NCBI GenBank assembly: GCA_049514315.1
Contig: JBEKVD010000005.1
Span: 66,580 to 130,579 of the forward strand
Reading direction: 5' to 3'
Source: Candidatus Limnocylindrales bacterium
GTDB lineage: Bacteria; Chloroflexota; Limnocylindria; Limnocylindrales; CSP1-4
DNA length: 64,000 nt
The notes under the pieces are model-generated. The model saw only the letters and a program-made list of their open reading frames with translations, was not told where the DNA came from and searched no databases. A program made the translations under genes and the position numbers. Positions 49,140 to 58,231 of this stretch are shown piece after piece (the stretch's first letter is position 1; each line of letters begins with the position of its first letter).

Positions 49140-50135
49140 CTATCCGGCAGACGATCGCTGTGGCCAGGCCAGCTTCACCGGCATCGGCGAGGTCGACCCG
49201 CCGAGCTTCCACACGCGCAGGTGAAGAGCCCAGGTCATGACCAACCCAACGAGGGCCACCGGCAGCGTGCCGAGAACGTGAAGCAGAACCACAGCCGCCA
49301 GGGAAGACGCTGGATCCTGGCCGAGCAGCGTCAAGACGCTCACTCCCACGAACTCGTACGTTCCCACGGAACCCGGCGCCGCGGGAATCGCGGTCGAAAG
49401 CCCGATCCACGCGATGGCGAAGGCAGCCTGGGCCAGCGTGAGGTGCAAACCCACGGCTCCCGCCACGGCGACCATCGAGCCGACCGCGCAGGTGTACGCA
49501 ACGAGAGTGGATCCAACGACGGTGGCAACGCCCCTCGGCGAGCGGACCGCCTCGGTGCCTTGGACCAACCGCGTGACGAATTCGCGACCCACCCCTGGAA
49601 GGAACGCCTGAAAGCCCGGCCGGCGTCGCGGAACGAGAACCGAGAGGGCAAGGACAACCGCGGCAGCCGCCAGGGCAAGGAGGATCCACAGTTCGACGGG
49701 CGCCATCGCCGACGCGCCGGTGACTGCGAGTCCGAGGCCGGCCGCGACGGCCAGGATCGTCAGGCCATCGGCCAGGCGTTCGGTGACGACCGAGCCGAGG
49801 GTTGCGAGCCGCGACAGGCGAAGCGCCGTGGCCGCGAGGTAGGCTCGGGCCACATCTCCCAGCCTCATCGGCAGCAGGGTGTTGGCGAAGTACCCGACGC
49901 AGGTGTAGGCAAATGCGGGGCCGTATCCGACTTTCCCCAGGGGCGACAGCAGGAAGCGCCACCGCCATGCTCGCACTGCGATCTCCAACCAGGCAAAGCC
50001 CAGGACCAGGACCAGGCCGAGGGGCGCCGCGCGACCGAGAGCCGCGCCGGCAGCCGGCAGATCTACGCGGCTCAACGTCGCCCAGACTAAGAAGGCGCTG
50101 ACGGCAGTGCCGATGGCGGCGCGGGCTGCCTTCAC
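49140..50135 (-). CDS. lysylphosphatidylglycerol-synthase-TM-region (UPF0104, flippase-like) membrane protein
   Basis: LEIAVRAWRWRFLL, YFANTLLPMRLGDVARAYL and multiple TM segments are present. GTG 50135 overlaps the epimerase stop (GTGA). Confidence 0.7.
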   Translation of the reverse strand: MKAARAAIGTAVSAFLVWATLSRVDLPAAGAALGRAAPLGLVLVLGFAWLEIAVRAWRWRFLLSPLGKVGYGPAFAYTCVGYFANTLLPMRLGDVARAYLAATALRLSRLATLGSVVTERLADGLTILAVAAGLGLAVTGASAMAPVELWILLALAAAAVVLALSVLVPRRRPGFQAFLPGVGREFVTRLVQGTEAVRSPRGVATVVGSTLVAYTCAVGSMVAVAGAVGLHLTLAQAAFAIAWIGLSTAIPAAPGSVGTYEFVGVSVLTLLGQDPASSLAAVVLLHVLGTLPVALVGLVMTWALHLRVWKLGGSTSPMPVKLAWPQRSSAG

Positions 50136-51184
50136 CGGGCGACGGTCCCCAGGTCCGCCACTCGTCCGGGCGATCGATCCGCCGGCTCGCCTTCGTCGCA
50201 CGACGTCGGCGCCGCGGCTGCGGCCGTGGACAGGAGACCCGAATCCTCGAACCAGCGAACCGTTTGCTCGAGACCTCGATCCAGGGCCACCTGTGGAGAC
50301 CAGCGCAGCATCAGGCGGATCTTCTCGATGTTGACGACGCGGCGGCGGATGTTGTCGATGTCGCGCCGGTCGATGTGATCGACCCTGATCTCGCAGCCGG
50401 ATGCCCGCCCAATCGCAGCGGCCAGGTCGTTCACGGACGTTTCGACGCCCGTCCCGACGTTGAAGACTTCGCCCTCGGCTCTTGGGTGTGTGGCGGCAGC
50501 CAGCGTCGCATCGACGGCATCCTCGACGTAGGTGTAGTCGCGGGTTTGGCCGCCGTCGCCGTGAATGCAAAGGGGCCGGCCGGCGTTCGCGGCGATGAGG
50601 AACTTGGAGACGACGCCGCAGTACGGGTTCTCAGGCCGCTGGTACGGCCCATACACGTTCGAGTACCGGACCACTGCCACCGGGAGGCCGTAGCTCTCGT
50701 AGAAGGCCAGGCAGTAGTGCTCTCCGGCGAGCTTGCTGACTGCGTAGGGGGTGAGAGGGACGAGCCGGTCGTCCTCGTTGATCGGAATCGAGCGTGGATT
50801 GCCGTAGACCGATGCGGACGACGTGTACACCACCCGCTCGACATTCGAGTCGCGAGCCGCGAGCAGGACGTTGAGCGTCCCGCCGATGTTCGTGGCGAAG
50901 TCGTCGCGCGGGTTCGCCGTGGAAGCGATGATGTTGCGAGCCGCCAGGTGGAAGACGACGGTGTGCCGTTTGGCCAGGTCGCGGACCAGCGGCTCGTCGG
51001 TGACGGAGCCCTCGATGAAGTCGGCGCCGGTCGGGATGGCGTCGCGTCGGCCCGTGAACAGGTCGTCGAGGACGGTCACCCGCGCCCCCGATTCGATCAG
51101 CCGGCGAACCAGGGCCGAGCCGACGAAGCCGGCGCCGCCGGTAACAAGGACACGACGGCCACCAAAGGCACGCTCGAGCATCAT
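50132..51184 (-). CDS. NAD-dependent nucleotide-sugar epimerase/dehydratase
   Basis: It has VLVTGGAGFVGSALV and the YAVSK (YxxxK) motif. The ATG overlaps the GT2 stop. Confidence 0.85.
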   Translation of the reverse strand: MMLERAFGGRRVLVTGGAGFVGSALVRRLIESGARVTVLDDLFTGRRDAIPTGADFIEGSVTDEPLVRDLAKRHTVVFHLAARNIIASTANPRDDFATNIGGTLNVLLAARDSNVERVVYTSSASVYGNPRSIPINEDDRLVPLTPYAVSKLAGEHYCLAFYESYGLPVAVVRYSNVYGPYQRPENPYCGVVSKFLIAANAGRPLCIHGDGGQTRDYTYVEDAVDATLAAATHPRAEGEVFNVGTGVETSVNDLAAAIGRASGCEIRVDHIDRRDIDNIRRRVVNIEKIRLMLRWSPQVALDRGLEQTVRWFEDSGLLSTAAAAAPTSCDEGEPADRSPGRVADLGTVAR

Positions 51185-51999
51185 CAGCGCTCAACCCCCA
51201 ATCGAAGCAGGAAAGCCGGCCGGAAGAGACGCCACCAGTCGCGCAGCCCCCGCATCTTCGAGTAACCGTCGGCGTGATATCGGACCGTCACCGGGTACTC
51301 GACCACTCGATAGTGCCCCCTGATGCTCCGGTAGAGCAGGTAAGGTTCAAGTTCGTAGCGATCGAGCCAGGCCTGGTCGATATCGATCGAGGGGTCATCG
51401 AGGATCGCCGAACGGAAGACGCGGAACCCGTTGGTGGCGTCCGTGACGCGGTGCCAGACCAGCAGGCTGAAGACGAAGGAGTAGAAGCGCGTGCCGAAGC
51501 TACGGCCTCCGATCGGCCCTACGACGTGGCCGCCTCGCATCCAGCGGGAGCCCTGGACGTAGTCGAGGTCTCGCGCCAGAGCGAGGTCCAGGGCCCCTAC
51601 CAGGTCCGACGGCTCGTGCTGGTCGTCGCCGGCCAGCAAGGCCACGTATGGCCTGCCACGCTCGCGAGCGCACATGAGGCCCGTTCTGATCGCCGCCCCG
51701 ACACCGCGACACTGGTTGTGTCGCAGCACGACCGCCGCACCGTGAGCCTTCGCCTCTTCGCCTGTGGCATCGCTCGAGCCGTCGTCCACGACGATCGCCT
51801 CGAACCGGCCGTCGGCCGGCCACTTGTCGAGCACCCGGCCTATCTTGCCGGCCTCGTTGAAGGCGGGGATGACGACCGCGACCAGGGTCTCTTTCGTCCC
51901 TTGCGCGGGGTTGGATGGGGTAGTCGTCTCCGAGGCGGGGGTTTCCCTTGGCCCAGGGCGTGGCGCTTTGATGGCTACGTTGTTGGTCACGCCATCCAC
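51184..51999 (-). CDS. family 2 glycosyltransferase, polyprenyl-phosphate sugar synthase-like (Dpm1/GtrB/ArnC type)
   Basis: It has VAVVIPAFNEAGKIGRVL, VVDDGSSDATGE and a later DD(Q)HEP motif. At about 270 aa it is a soluble-type GT-A. Confidence 0.8.
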   Translation of the reverse strand: MDGVTNNVAIKAPRPGPRETPASETTTPSNPAQGTKETLVAVVIPAFNEAGKIGRVLDKWPADGRFEAIVVDDGSSDATGEEAKAHGAAVVLRHNQCRGVGAAIRTGLMCARERGRPYVALLAGDDQHEPSDLVGALDLALARDLDYVQGSRWMRGGHVVGPIGGRSFGTRFYSFVFSLLVWHRVTDATNGFRVFRSAILDDPSIDIDQAWLDRYELEPYLLYRSIRGHYRVVEYPVTVRYHADGYSKMRGLRDWWRLFRPAFLLRLGVER

Positions 52000-52211
52000 T
52001 ATGCCAAGCGGTGTTTCGTCAGGCTACAAGCCGATGGTACCGGTGAGCCACCCGCGGGACGGACGGAAAATGGGCGTTTCCTGGCGCGGTGGGCGCGGCC
52101 GGCGCGGTCAAGCGAGGTTTCAGGGAGCGCGGCCTGGTTGCGAGCCTTGGGCGAACTTCGCCGGTGGGCTGGGCATGCGCGGCCAGATACTGAAAGCGAT
52201 TCGGGGCCCTT

Positions 52212-53387
52212 GTGCCGGCCGTCTGGCCTCTTCGAAATGGCCTGCAGCTGCGATCCCGGCGCGTCAGACTTGAGGTCGGATGCCCCCTGTGGAGGTTGGC
52301 GGCCCTGCGCATTGCATGGAGATCGATCTTGAGAGCGTCGCTCGCCCGAGTCGCCCCAACGCCCTGGAGACTGCTGGGCTGGGGCATCGCGATGGTCGGC
52401 CTTCTTACGATGTTCGCAGCGTTCGCCATCTGGCTCTGGTTGAGCCGCGCGTCGGGCCCGACCCCGGGAGATACCCACAACTACATACTGGCGGGCCTCA
52501 GGCTCAACGTTGGCCACCCGCTCTACGCCTACGGTCCGGGTGATGAGCACGAGCTGCCTGTAAGCGCCTACCCGCTCTTCTCACCGCCGCTGATGGGAGT
52601 CGTCTTCCGGCTGATAGTGCTGCTGCCAGCGAACGGTCAGTACATCTGGTGGGTGAGCATGGTTGTGCTGGAGCTCGCCGCGATCATCGCGCTGGTCCGG
52701 CGCGCCCCGCTCGTAACCGGGCTCGCTCTGGTCCCACTCAGCGTTTCGATCGGACTGGCCATGCAGGTCGGCAACGTCGACTGCCTCGTGCTTTCGGGTC
52801 TCCTGCTCACCTGGTGCCGGCTCGTTCGAGGGCACGACGAGCGCGCCGCGCTGGCCATCGGAGTGCTGGCCTCGCTCAAGCTGACGCCGGTCGTCTTCGT
52901 GTGGTGGCTCTTCGTCACCGGTCGGCGGCGCGCCGCCGCCATAGCCGTAGGGTGCGGCGCTGTGCTGGCCGTGGTCGCCATGCTCGGCAGCGAACCGTCG
53001 ATCTTCCTGAAGTTCTACCAGGTCACGATGGCGAACGAGGCAGCGCCCGCCGCTGACTATGGGCTGCCGGGACTGGCCTCAGCCATCGGGCTGCCGGCAG
53101 CACTCGCCGCGTGGCTCCCTCGAGCGGCTCTGCTCGGCGGCGCCGTGGCAATGTGGATGACCAGACGCAGGCCGGGGGTGTCGTGGGTCATCGGTGCCCT
53201 CCTGATGTGGCTGGCCTCGCCCGTCGCTGCTCTTCACACGCCGGCCCTGGCCCTGGTTGCCATCGCTCCGCTGGCCTGGCCGATGACCCGCGGTTGGGCC
53301 GGCGGTCGTCCGGGTTTGAACCCGAACGAGCTCGATCGCCACGGCCGCCCGGCTGCGGGACTGCAGAGTCTTCCAGCTGATCGGTAG
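52212..53387 (+). CDS. GT87/DUF2029-like polytopic membrane glycosyltransferase (paralogue 2)
   Basis: It is colinear with 47819..48958, with roughly two-thirds of residues identical by eye (HNYILAGLRLNVGHPLYAYGPGDE, SLKLTPVVFVWWLFVTGRRRAAA, LMWLASPVA.LHTPAL). The start is uncertain. Confidence 0.7.
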   Translation: MPAVWPLRNGLQLRSRRVRLEVGCPLWRLAALRIAWRSILRASLARVAPTPWRLLGWGIAMVGLLTMFAAFAIWLWLSRASGPTPGDTHNYILAGLRLNVGHPLYAYGPGDEHELPVSAYPLFSPPLMGVVFRLIVLLPANGQYIWWVSMVVLELAAIIALVRRAPLVTGLALVPLSVSIGLAMQVGNVDCLVLSGLLLTWCRLVRGHDERAALAIGVLASLKLTPVVFVWWLFVTGRRRAAAIAVGCGAVLAVVAMLGSEPSIFLKFYQVTMANEAAPAADYGLPGLASAIGLPAALAAWLPRAALLGGAVAMWMTRRRPGVSWVIGALLMWLASPVAALHTPALALVAIAPLAWPMTRGWAGGRPGLNPNELDRHGRPAAGLQSLPADR

Positions 53388-53516
53388 CGAGGCTGCCGGC
53401 GGCGTCGGGCCGGCCTCAAGCATGCGGCGCACGGTAGAACGGGTCCTGGGCCTCGACCGCGGGCTCACATCTTCCGCATGAGCGGCGCACGTCGCGGACG
53501 GCGGCCCGGAACGCCG

Positions 53517-54143
53517 TTAGCGAGCGGCGCTCTCGGTGGTGTCGACCCGGGCCGGATGAACCGCCTCCCATTCCTCGATCGCCGGGAGCCGCGAGAGGAC
53601 GTAGCCGACCTCGTCTGACCCGGCCAGGATCATCGTCCGGGCGAACGGGTCGATCTCGAAGTCGAAGGAGTCGCCGCCGGGCAGAGTCACCTTCTGCGCC
53701 TCCAGGTCCACGGTCCACTCGCCGTCCGGGTCCGCGGTCAGGAGCGCAGTCAGGGCCTCGTGTCGCTCCGGCGAAACGACGATCGGCAGCAGCGCGTTCT
53801 TCAGCGAGTTGCCGCGGAAGATGTCGGCGAAGCTCGTCGAGAAGATCGCCCGGATGCCCCACGCCCGCAATGCCCAGGGTGCGTGCTCACGCGATGACCC
53901 CGCGCCGAAGTTGTCGCCGACAAGGATGATCTCGCGGCGGGCGTTCTGCGGCTCGTCGATGACGAAACGCGGCTCGCGCAGATCACCCGTCGGCAGGAAG
54001 CGCCAGTCGCAGAAGAGGGCGTCGGCCAGGCCGGCCTTGTCGGTGATCTTGAGGAAGCGGGCCGGGCAGATCTGGTCCGTGTCGATGTTGGCGCGCGGGA
54101 TCGGGATCACGCGGCTGGTGGTCCTGGCGAACGGCTCGGGCAT
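53517..54143 (-). CDS. leuD: 3-isopropylmalate dehydratase small subunit
   Basis: It has DTDQICPARFL and GDNFGAGSSREHAPWAL. Confidence 0.9.
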   Translation of the reverse strand: MPEPFARTTSRVIPIPRANIDTDQICPARFLKITDKAGLADALFCDWRFLPTGDLREPRFVIDEPQNARREIILVGDNFGAGSSREHAPWALRAWGIRAIFSTSFADIFRGNSLKNALLPIVVSPERHEALTALLTADPDGEWTVDLEAQKVTLPGGDSFDFEIDPFARTMILAGSDEVGYVLSRLPAIEEWEAVHPARVDTTESAAR

Positions 54144-54144
54144 G

Positions 54145-55599
54145 TCAGTCAGCCCCCACGGCAGACCTCGAGGCCGTGGGCCCGGCCACGGCGCCCGGTA
54201 GCGTCCGCGGATCGGTCACGACCCCGGTGACCGCGCTGGCGGCGGCGGTCAGCGGCGAGGCGAGGAACGTCCTGCCGCCCTTGCCCTGGCGCCCCTCGAA
54301 GTTACGGTTCGACGTGCTGATGCCGTACTGGCCGGGCTCGAGCTGATCCCCGTTCATGGCAATGCACATCGAGCAGCCCGACTCGCGCCACTCGGCACCG
54401 GCGGAGCGAAAGACGTCGTGGAGACCCTCGCTCTCGGCCTGCTTCTTGACCTGTTGCGAGCCCGGAACGACCAGGACCCGCAGGCCCGCCGCGACATGGC
54501 GGCCGCGCAGGATCGACGCCGCGGCCCGCATGTCCTCGATCCGGCCGTTCGTGCACGAACCGATAAAGACGACGTCGAGCTTCCGGCCGGCGATCGGCAC
54601 TCCGGGCTCGAGACCCATGTATGCGAGCGCGCGCTCGAGGTTCTCCCGGGCTCCGGGCTCGAGCTCGGCCGGGGAGGGGATCCGCCCGCTGATCGGTAAG
54701 CCCATGCCGGGATTCGTGCCGTAGGTGACCATCGGTTCGAGTGCGTCGCCGTCGATGACGACGGTTCGGTCGTAGGTTGCGCCCTCGTCGCTCGGCAGCG
54801 CCCGCCAGCGGGCGACGGCCGCGTCCCACGCCGCTCCCCGCGGGGCGAACCTGCGGCCCTGCAGATACGCGAAGGTGGTCTCGTCGGGGGCGATCAGCCC
54901 GGCGCGGGCGCCGCCCTCGATCGACATGTTGCAGACAGTCATCCGCTCCTCCATCGACAGGGCTCGGACGGCGCTGCCGGTGTACTCGATGACGTGACCG
55001 GTCCCGCCGCCGATGCCGATGCGGGCGATCAGGGCCAGGATGATGTCCTTGGCACCGACGCCCGGCCGGAGATGCCCGTCGACGCGGACCTGGAAGGTCT
55101 TCGGTTTGCGCTGAAGCAGCGTCTGCGTGGCCAGGACCATCTCGATCTCGCTCGTCCCGATGCCAAACGCCAGCGCCCCGAAAGCGCCGTGCGTGGCGGT
55201 GTGGGAATCGCCGCAGACGATCGTCATGCCCGGCTGCGTGAGGCCGAGCTCGGGCCCGATGACGTGGACGATTCCGCGGTTCGGGGAGCCCTTGCCGTGG
55301 AACGGGATCCCGAAGTCACGGCAGTTCTCTTCGATCTGGCGGAGCTGCCTGGCGGCGAGCTCGTCGGCGATCGGGATCGACGGATCGAGCGTCGGGATCG
55401 AGTGGTCGGCGGTCGCGACCGTCTGGCCCGGCTTGCGGACCCTCAGGCCGCGGGCGCGCAGGCCGGTGAATGCCTGCGGGCTCGTGACCTCGTGGACGAG
55501 GTGGAGGTCGATCGCGAGAATCGCCGGCGCGCCGGGCTCGGAGGCGACGAAGTGGTCGTCCCAGATCTTCTCCACGAGGGTGCGCGGCTTCTCGGCCAT
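54145..55599 (-). CDS. leuC: 3-isopropylmalate dehydratase large subunit
   Basis: It has [37 protein letters not shown] and [10 protein letters not shown]. The upstream ORF extension to 56055 was rejected. Confidence 0.9.
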   Translation of the reverse strand: MAEKPRTLVEKIWDDHFVASEPGAPAILAIDLHLVHEVTSPQAFTGLRARGLRVRKPGQTVATADHSIPTLDPSIPIADELAARQLRQIEENCRDFGIPFHGKGSPNRGIVHVIGPELGLTQPGMTIVCGDSHTATHGAFGALAFGIGTSEIEMVLATQTLLQRKPKTFQVRVDGHLRPGVGAKDIILALIARIGIGGGTGHVIEYTGSAVRALSMEERMTVCNMSIEGGARAGLIAPDETTFAYLQGRRFAPRGAAWDAAVARWRALPSDEGATYDRTVVIDGDALEPMVTYGTNPGMGLPISGRIPSPAELEPGARENLERALAYMGLEPGVPIAGRKLDVVFIGSCTNGRIEDMRAAASILRGRHVAAGLRVLVVPGSQQVKKQAESEGLHDVFRSAGAEWRESGCSMCIAMNGDQLEPGQYGISTSNRNFEGRQGKGGRTFLASPLTAAASAVTGVVTDPRTLPGAVAGPTASRSAVGAD

Positions 55600-55925
55600 G
55601 ATTCCACTCGCGCTGCGACCGCCCCGCCTGACAGCGTGCGGGCTGTCGAGGTTACCAGACGAAGGCAAGAGCCGGCGCCGACCACTTTCGTTGATCCGTG
55701 AATGCGTGCCCGGAGCTGGCCCCGGCGAGCCAGCCCGAGAGAGAGCCGGGACCCGGCGCTGTCGGCAGCCGTGACGGTGGGTTACCCGATTCGTACCGCC
55801 CGATTCGGCTGGATGGCCGCACCTTCGGCGGCCTCGCTCGCGGTCGCGCGGTGGCCTAACCTGTGTCGGTGCCCGCAGTGGGCACACGACGCAGGCGCAG
55901 CAATGAACACCGGGAAGGCGCAGCG

Positions 55926-56675
55926 ATGAACGCCGGGAAGGCGCACGCAGGGCTGGCCGCCCGCACGACGGCCGCGGTTCCATCTGCCGCCGCGACGGCG
56001 GCCACGGTTCCATCTGCCGCCGCGACGGCGGCCGCGGTGCCGCCGGTGGAGGCATGGGGCGAGGGCCTGGCCTACCCGGAACGGGTCCGGCGATTCCTCC
56101 CTGCCGTGCACGACGGCTTCACCGCGGTCAACAAGTACGTCAGCGTGCCCGCCCTCAAGATGGGTCTCGGGCGATACATGTCGAATCCCCTGACCGGCTA
56201 CCTGATGATCCTGCGGACCCGCGGTCGGAAGAGCGGCGAGCTGCGCGACGCGCCGCTGGGCTACGTAGTCGTAGGCGAGCACCTGTACTGCCTGGCCGGC
56301 TTTGGGCGGCGCACTCACTGGTACCAGAACATCCTGGCCGATCCCCACGTCGAGGTCATCCTGCCGGGCCGGGCTTTCTCCGGGGCCGCCGAAGAGGTCA
56401 CGGATCCGGAGGAGCGCCGCCGAATCCTGGCGCCATTGCTGCGGAGCATGGGCGTCGTCGCCGCGATGGTCGGCATGGGTAACCCGTGGCGCGACGGCCC
56501 GGACGAGATCTACCGCAAGTGTGAGGGCATGCCGCTGGTCCGCGTGCGGGCTACCGGCGTCGCGGCCGGGCCCGAGGATCCCGGCGGCCGCTACTGGGCC
56601 GTGCCGGTAGTCGGCGGGACGGTGCTGGCAGCGTGGTGGCTCCGGGGTCGATGCCGAAACCGGGAGAAGGCGTGA
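55926..56675 (+). CDS. DUF385 / deazaflavin (F420)-dependent nitroreductase-family protein with an Ala-rich repeat N-terminus and a C-terminal TM helix
   Basis: [51 protein letters not shown] matches the Ddn/DUF385 core. The start is uncertain. Confidence 0.7.
   Translation: MNAGKAHAGLAARTTAAVPSAAATAATVPSAAATAAAVPPVEAWGEGLAYPERVRRFLPAVHDGFTAVNKYVSVPALKMGLGRYMSNPLTGYLMILRTRGRKSGELRDAPLGYVVVGEHLYCLAGFGRRTHWYQNILADPHVEVILPGRAFSGAAEEVTDPEERRRILAPLLRSMGVVAAMVGMGNPWRDGPDEIYRKCEGMPLVRVRATGVAAGPEDPGGRYWAVPVVGGTVLAAWWLRGRCRNREKA
55976..56035 (+). repeat. 30-bp in-frame tandem repeat (2 full copies plus a partial one)
   Basis: ggttccatctgccgccgcgacggcggcc[ac/gc] is at 55976-56005 and 56006-56035, encoding (A/T)VPSAAATAA twice. 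Confidence 0.9.
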
Positions 56676-58105
56676 CCGAGGACCCTGCGCCCGCGTGGCG
56701 TGAAGGAGCGGCGGCTCCGGGGAACGAGGACCCGGGGCCCCGCGCGGAGTTGGCGGCGCTCCGGACTCAGCGACCGGGGGCCGGCGCCTTCGGGACCGAT
56801 CCTGCTCGCCGTCGCATGGCCAGGCTCGGCTGCCTGCTGGTGGCCACCTTCGGCTGGGCCAACCTGGCGATCCTGGGGCAGGCGATGCTGGCGAAGAACC
56901 CGCCGCAAGCCGGATTCGATCTGCAGCTCCTGCTCGACGCTGCCCGGCGGGTGGCCGCCGGTGGGTCGCCATACGATCCCAACGCCGTGACCAACGGGCT
57001 GCAGGCTCGCGATCTCTTCTACTCCTATCCGCCGGCCGTGGCGCAGTTCCTGGTGCCTCTCTCGGGGTTGCCGTCGTGGCTGGTCCTGACGGGCTCTTGC
57101 ATCGGGGCCGTGATCGGGCTGGCAGTTGTGGCCTTCGCGCTGGCGCGCTCGCCGATCGGTCGGCCCGCCCTGGCCCGGCGCGAGTTCTCGCTGGACGTCA
57201 CACTGCTGGCCCTGGCCGTCGGCCCGTTCTTCTTCCCGTTCGCGGTCGCACTCCTCTTCGGCAACGTGGACGCCTGGTTCCCGTTTCTCTTTGGAGCCGT
57301 GGCGTTGACGCTCGCGTCCGGCCGAGCGGTCCCGTCGCAAGCGACGTCGATGGCCGGCGGGGCGGCGCTGGCGATCGCATCTGTCGTAAAGCTGCACCCG
57401 GGTACGCTCGCGGTCTGGCTGGCCGCCCGCTGGTCGGCCGCTTCGGGCTCGAGGAGGGCCTTCGCGGCCGTCGTCGGTGCGGCCATCGTGAGTGGCGTCG
57501 CCATCCTGGCCGCAAGCCTCCTCGTTGGCGGCCTGGGCCCGTGGCGCGATTACCTCGGCTACCTGCGGATGAGCGGGAATGCCGACCTGACTTCAGCGGT
57601 CAATGTTGGCCCGGCCAGTCAGCTGGCCCTCCTGGCAGGCAATCCCAACCTGGCTCGCCCGCTGGCCGTCGTGTTCGCTCTTGTGGCGATATCCGTCACG
57701 GTCGGGGCCGCCCGTTTCGTGCGCGACCAGCTGGAGAGCTTCGGTTGGGCGATCGTGGCTTCGCTCGTCGTGCTGCCGGTTACCTGGTACCACTACTCAG
57801 TTGCCCTCATCCCCGTGGCGTTGGCCGCCTGGACTCGCAGCCGCGGCACGCCACGGGCGCACACCGTCACCCTGACGCTGGCTGCTGCGTTCGTCGTGGC
57901 GGACGCGGCGATCGCTCTGCCGGTTGCACTGTGGCTGGCAGTCGCCGCGCTCTTCGTCGCCGTCCGCTGGTCACGCCCTCAACCGCTCCCCGAGCCGGCC
58001 CCGGCGGTGGCATGGGCTTCGGCGGAAGGCGCGTCGGAGGTGGCCTCGGCTTCTGTCGCAGGCACGCGGCCGAGCCCCGCGGCTGATGTCGAGGCGGGAG
58101 GATAG
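56651..58105 (+). CDS. DUF2029/GT87-like polytopic membrane protein (divergent third copy)
   Basis: It is multi-TM with FGNVDAWF and VVKLHPG motifs comparable to the other two copies. Candidate starts are ATG 56633, ATG 56651, or GTG 56672 overlapping the DUF385 stop (GTGA). Confidence 0.6.
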   Translation: MPKPGEGVTEDPAPAWREGAAAPGNEDPGPRAELAALRTQRPGAGAFGTDPARRRMARLGCLLVATFGWANLAILGQAMLAKNPPQAGFDLQLLLDAARRVAAGGSPYDPNAVTNGLQARDLFYSYPPAVAQFLVPLSGLPSWLVLTGSCIGAVIGLAVVAFALARSPIGRPALARREFSLDVTLLALAVGPFFFPFAVALLFGNVDAWFPFLFGAVALTLASGRAVPSQATSMAGGAALAIASVVKLHPGTLAVWLAARWSAASGSRRAFAAVVGAAIVSGVAILAASLLVGGLGPWRDYLGYLRMSGNADLTSAVNVGPASQLALLAGNPNLARPLAVVFALVAISVTVGAARFVRDQLESFGWAIVASLVVLPVTWYHYSVALIPVALAAWTRSRGTPRAHTVTLTLAAAFVVADAAIALPVALWLAVAALFVAVRWSRPQPLPEPAPAVAWASAEGASEVASASVAGTRPSPAADVEAGG

Positions 58106-58231
58106 CGCCTCTTCCTCGCCGGACCAGCTTCGCGGCCTCGAAACGTCGCCCTCGATACAATCGCGATGACTCAATCCCTGCGTCTCGATTCGTCCCGGTC
58201 GAGCCGGCGGGAGTTATGCAGGGGAATCCTG

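Noticed and set aside
55600-55925. The 326-bp leuC / DUF385 divergent intergenic region considered as a T-box or Leu-leader riboswitch. The minus strand contains aacgaaagtggtcggcgccgg, vaguely like the T-box motif, and a gacagc-ccgcac-gctgtc hairpin.
   Set aside because: The match to the conserved T-box 14-mer (GGUGGUACCGCG) is poor. I could find no specifier loop, AGAGA or GNUGNGA elements, no U-tract terminator and no Leu-rich leader ORF. A covariance-model scan (Rfam) would be needed to settle it.
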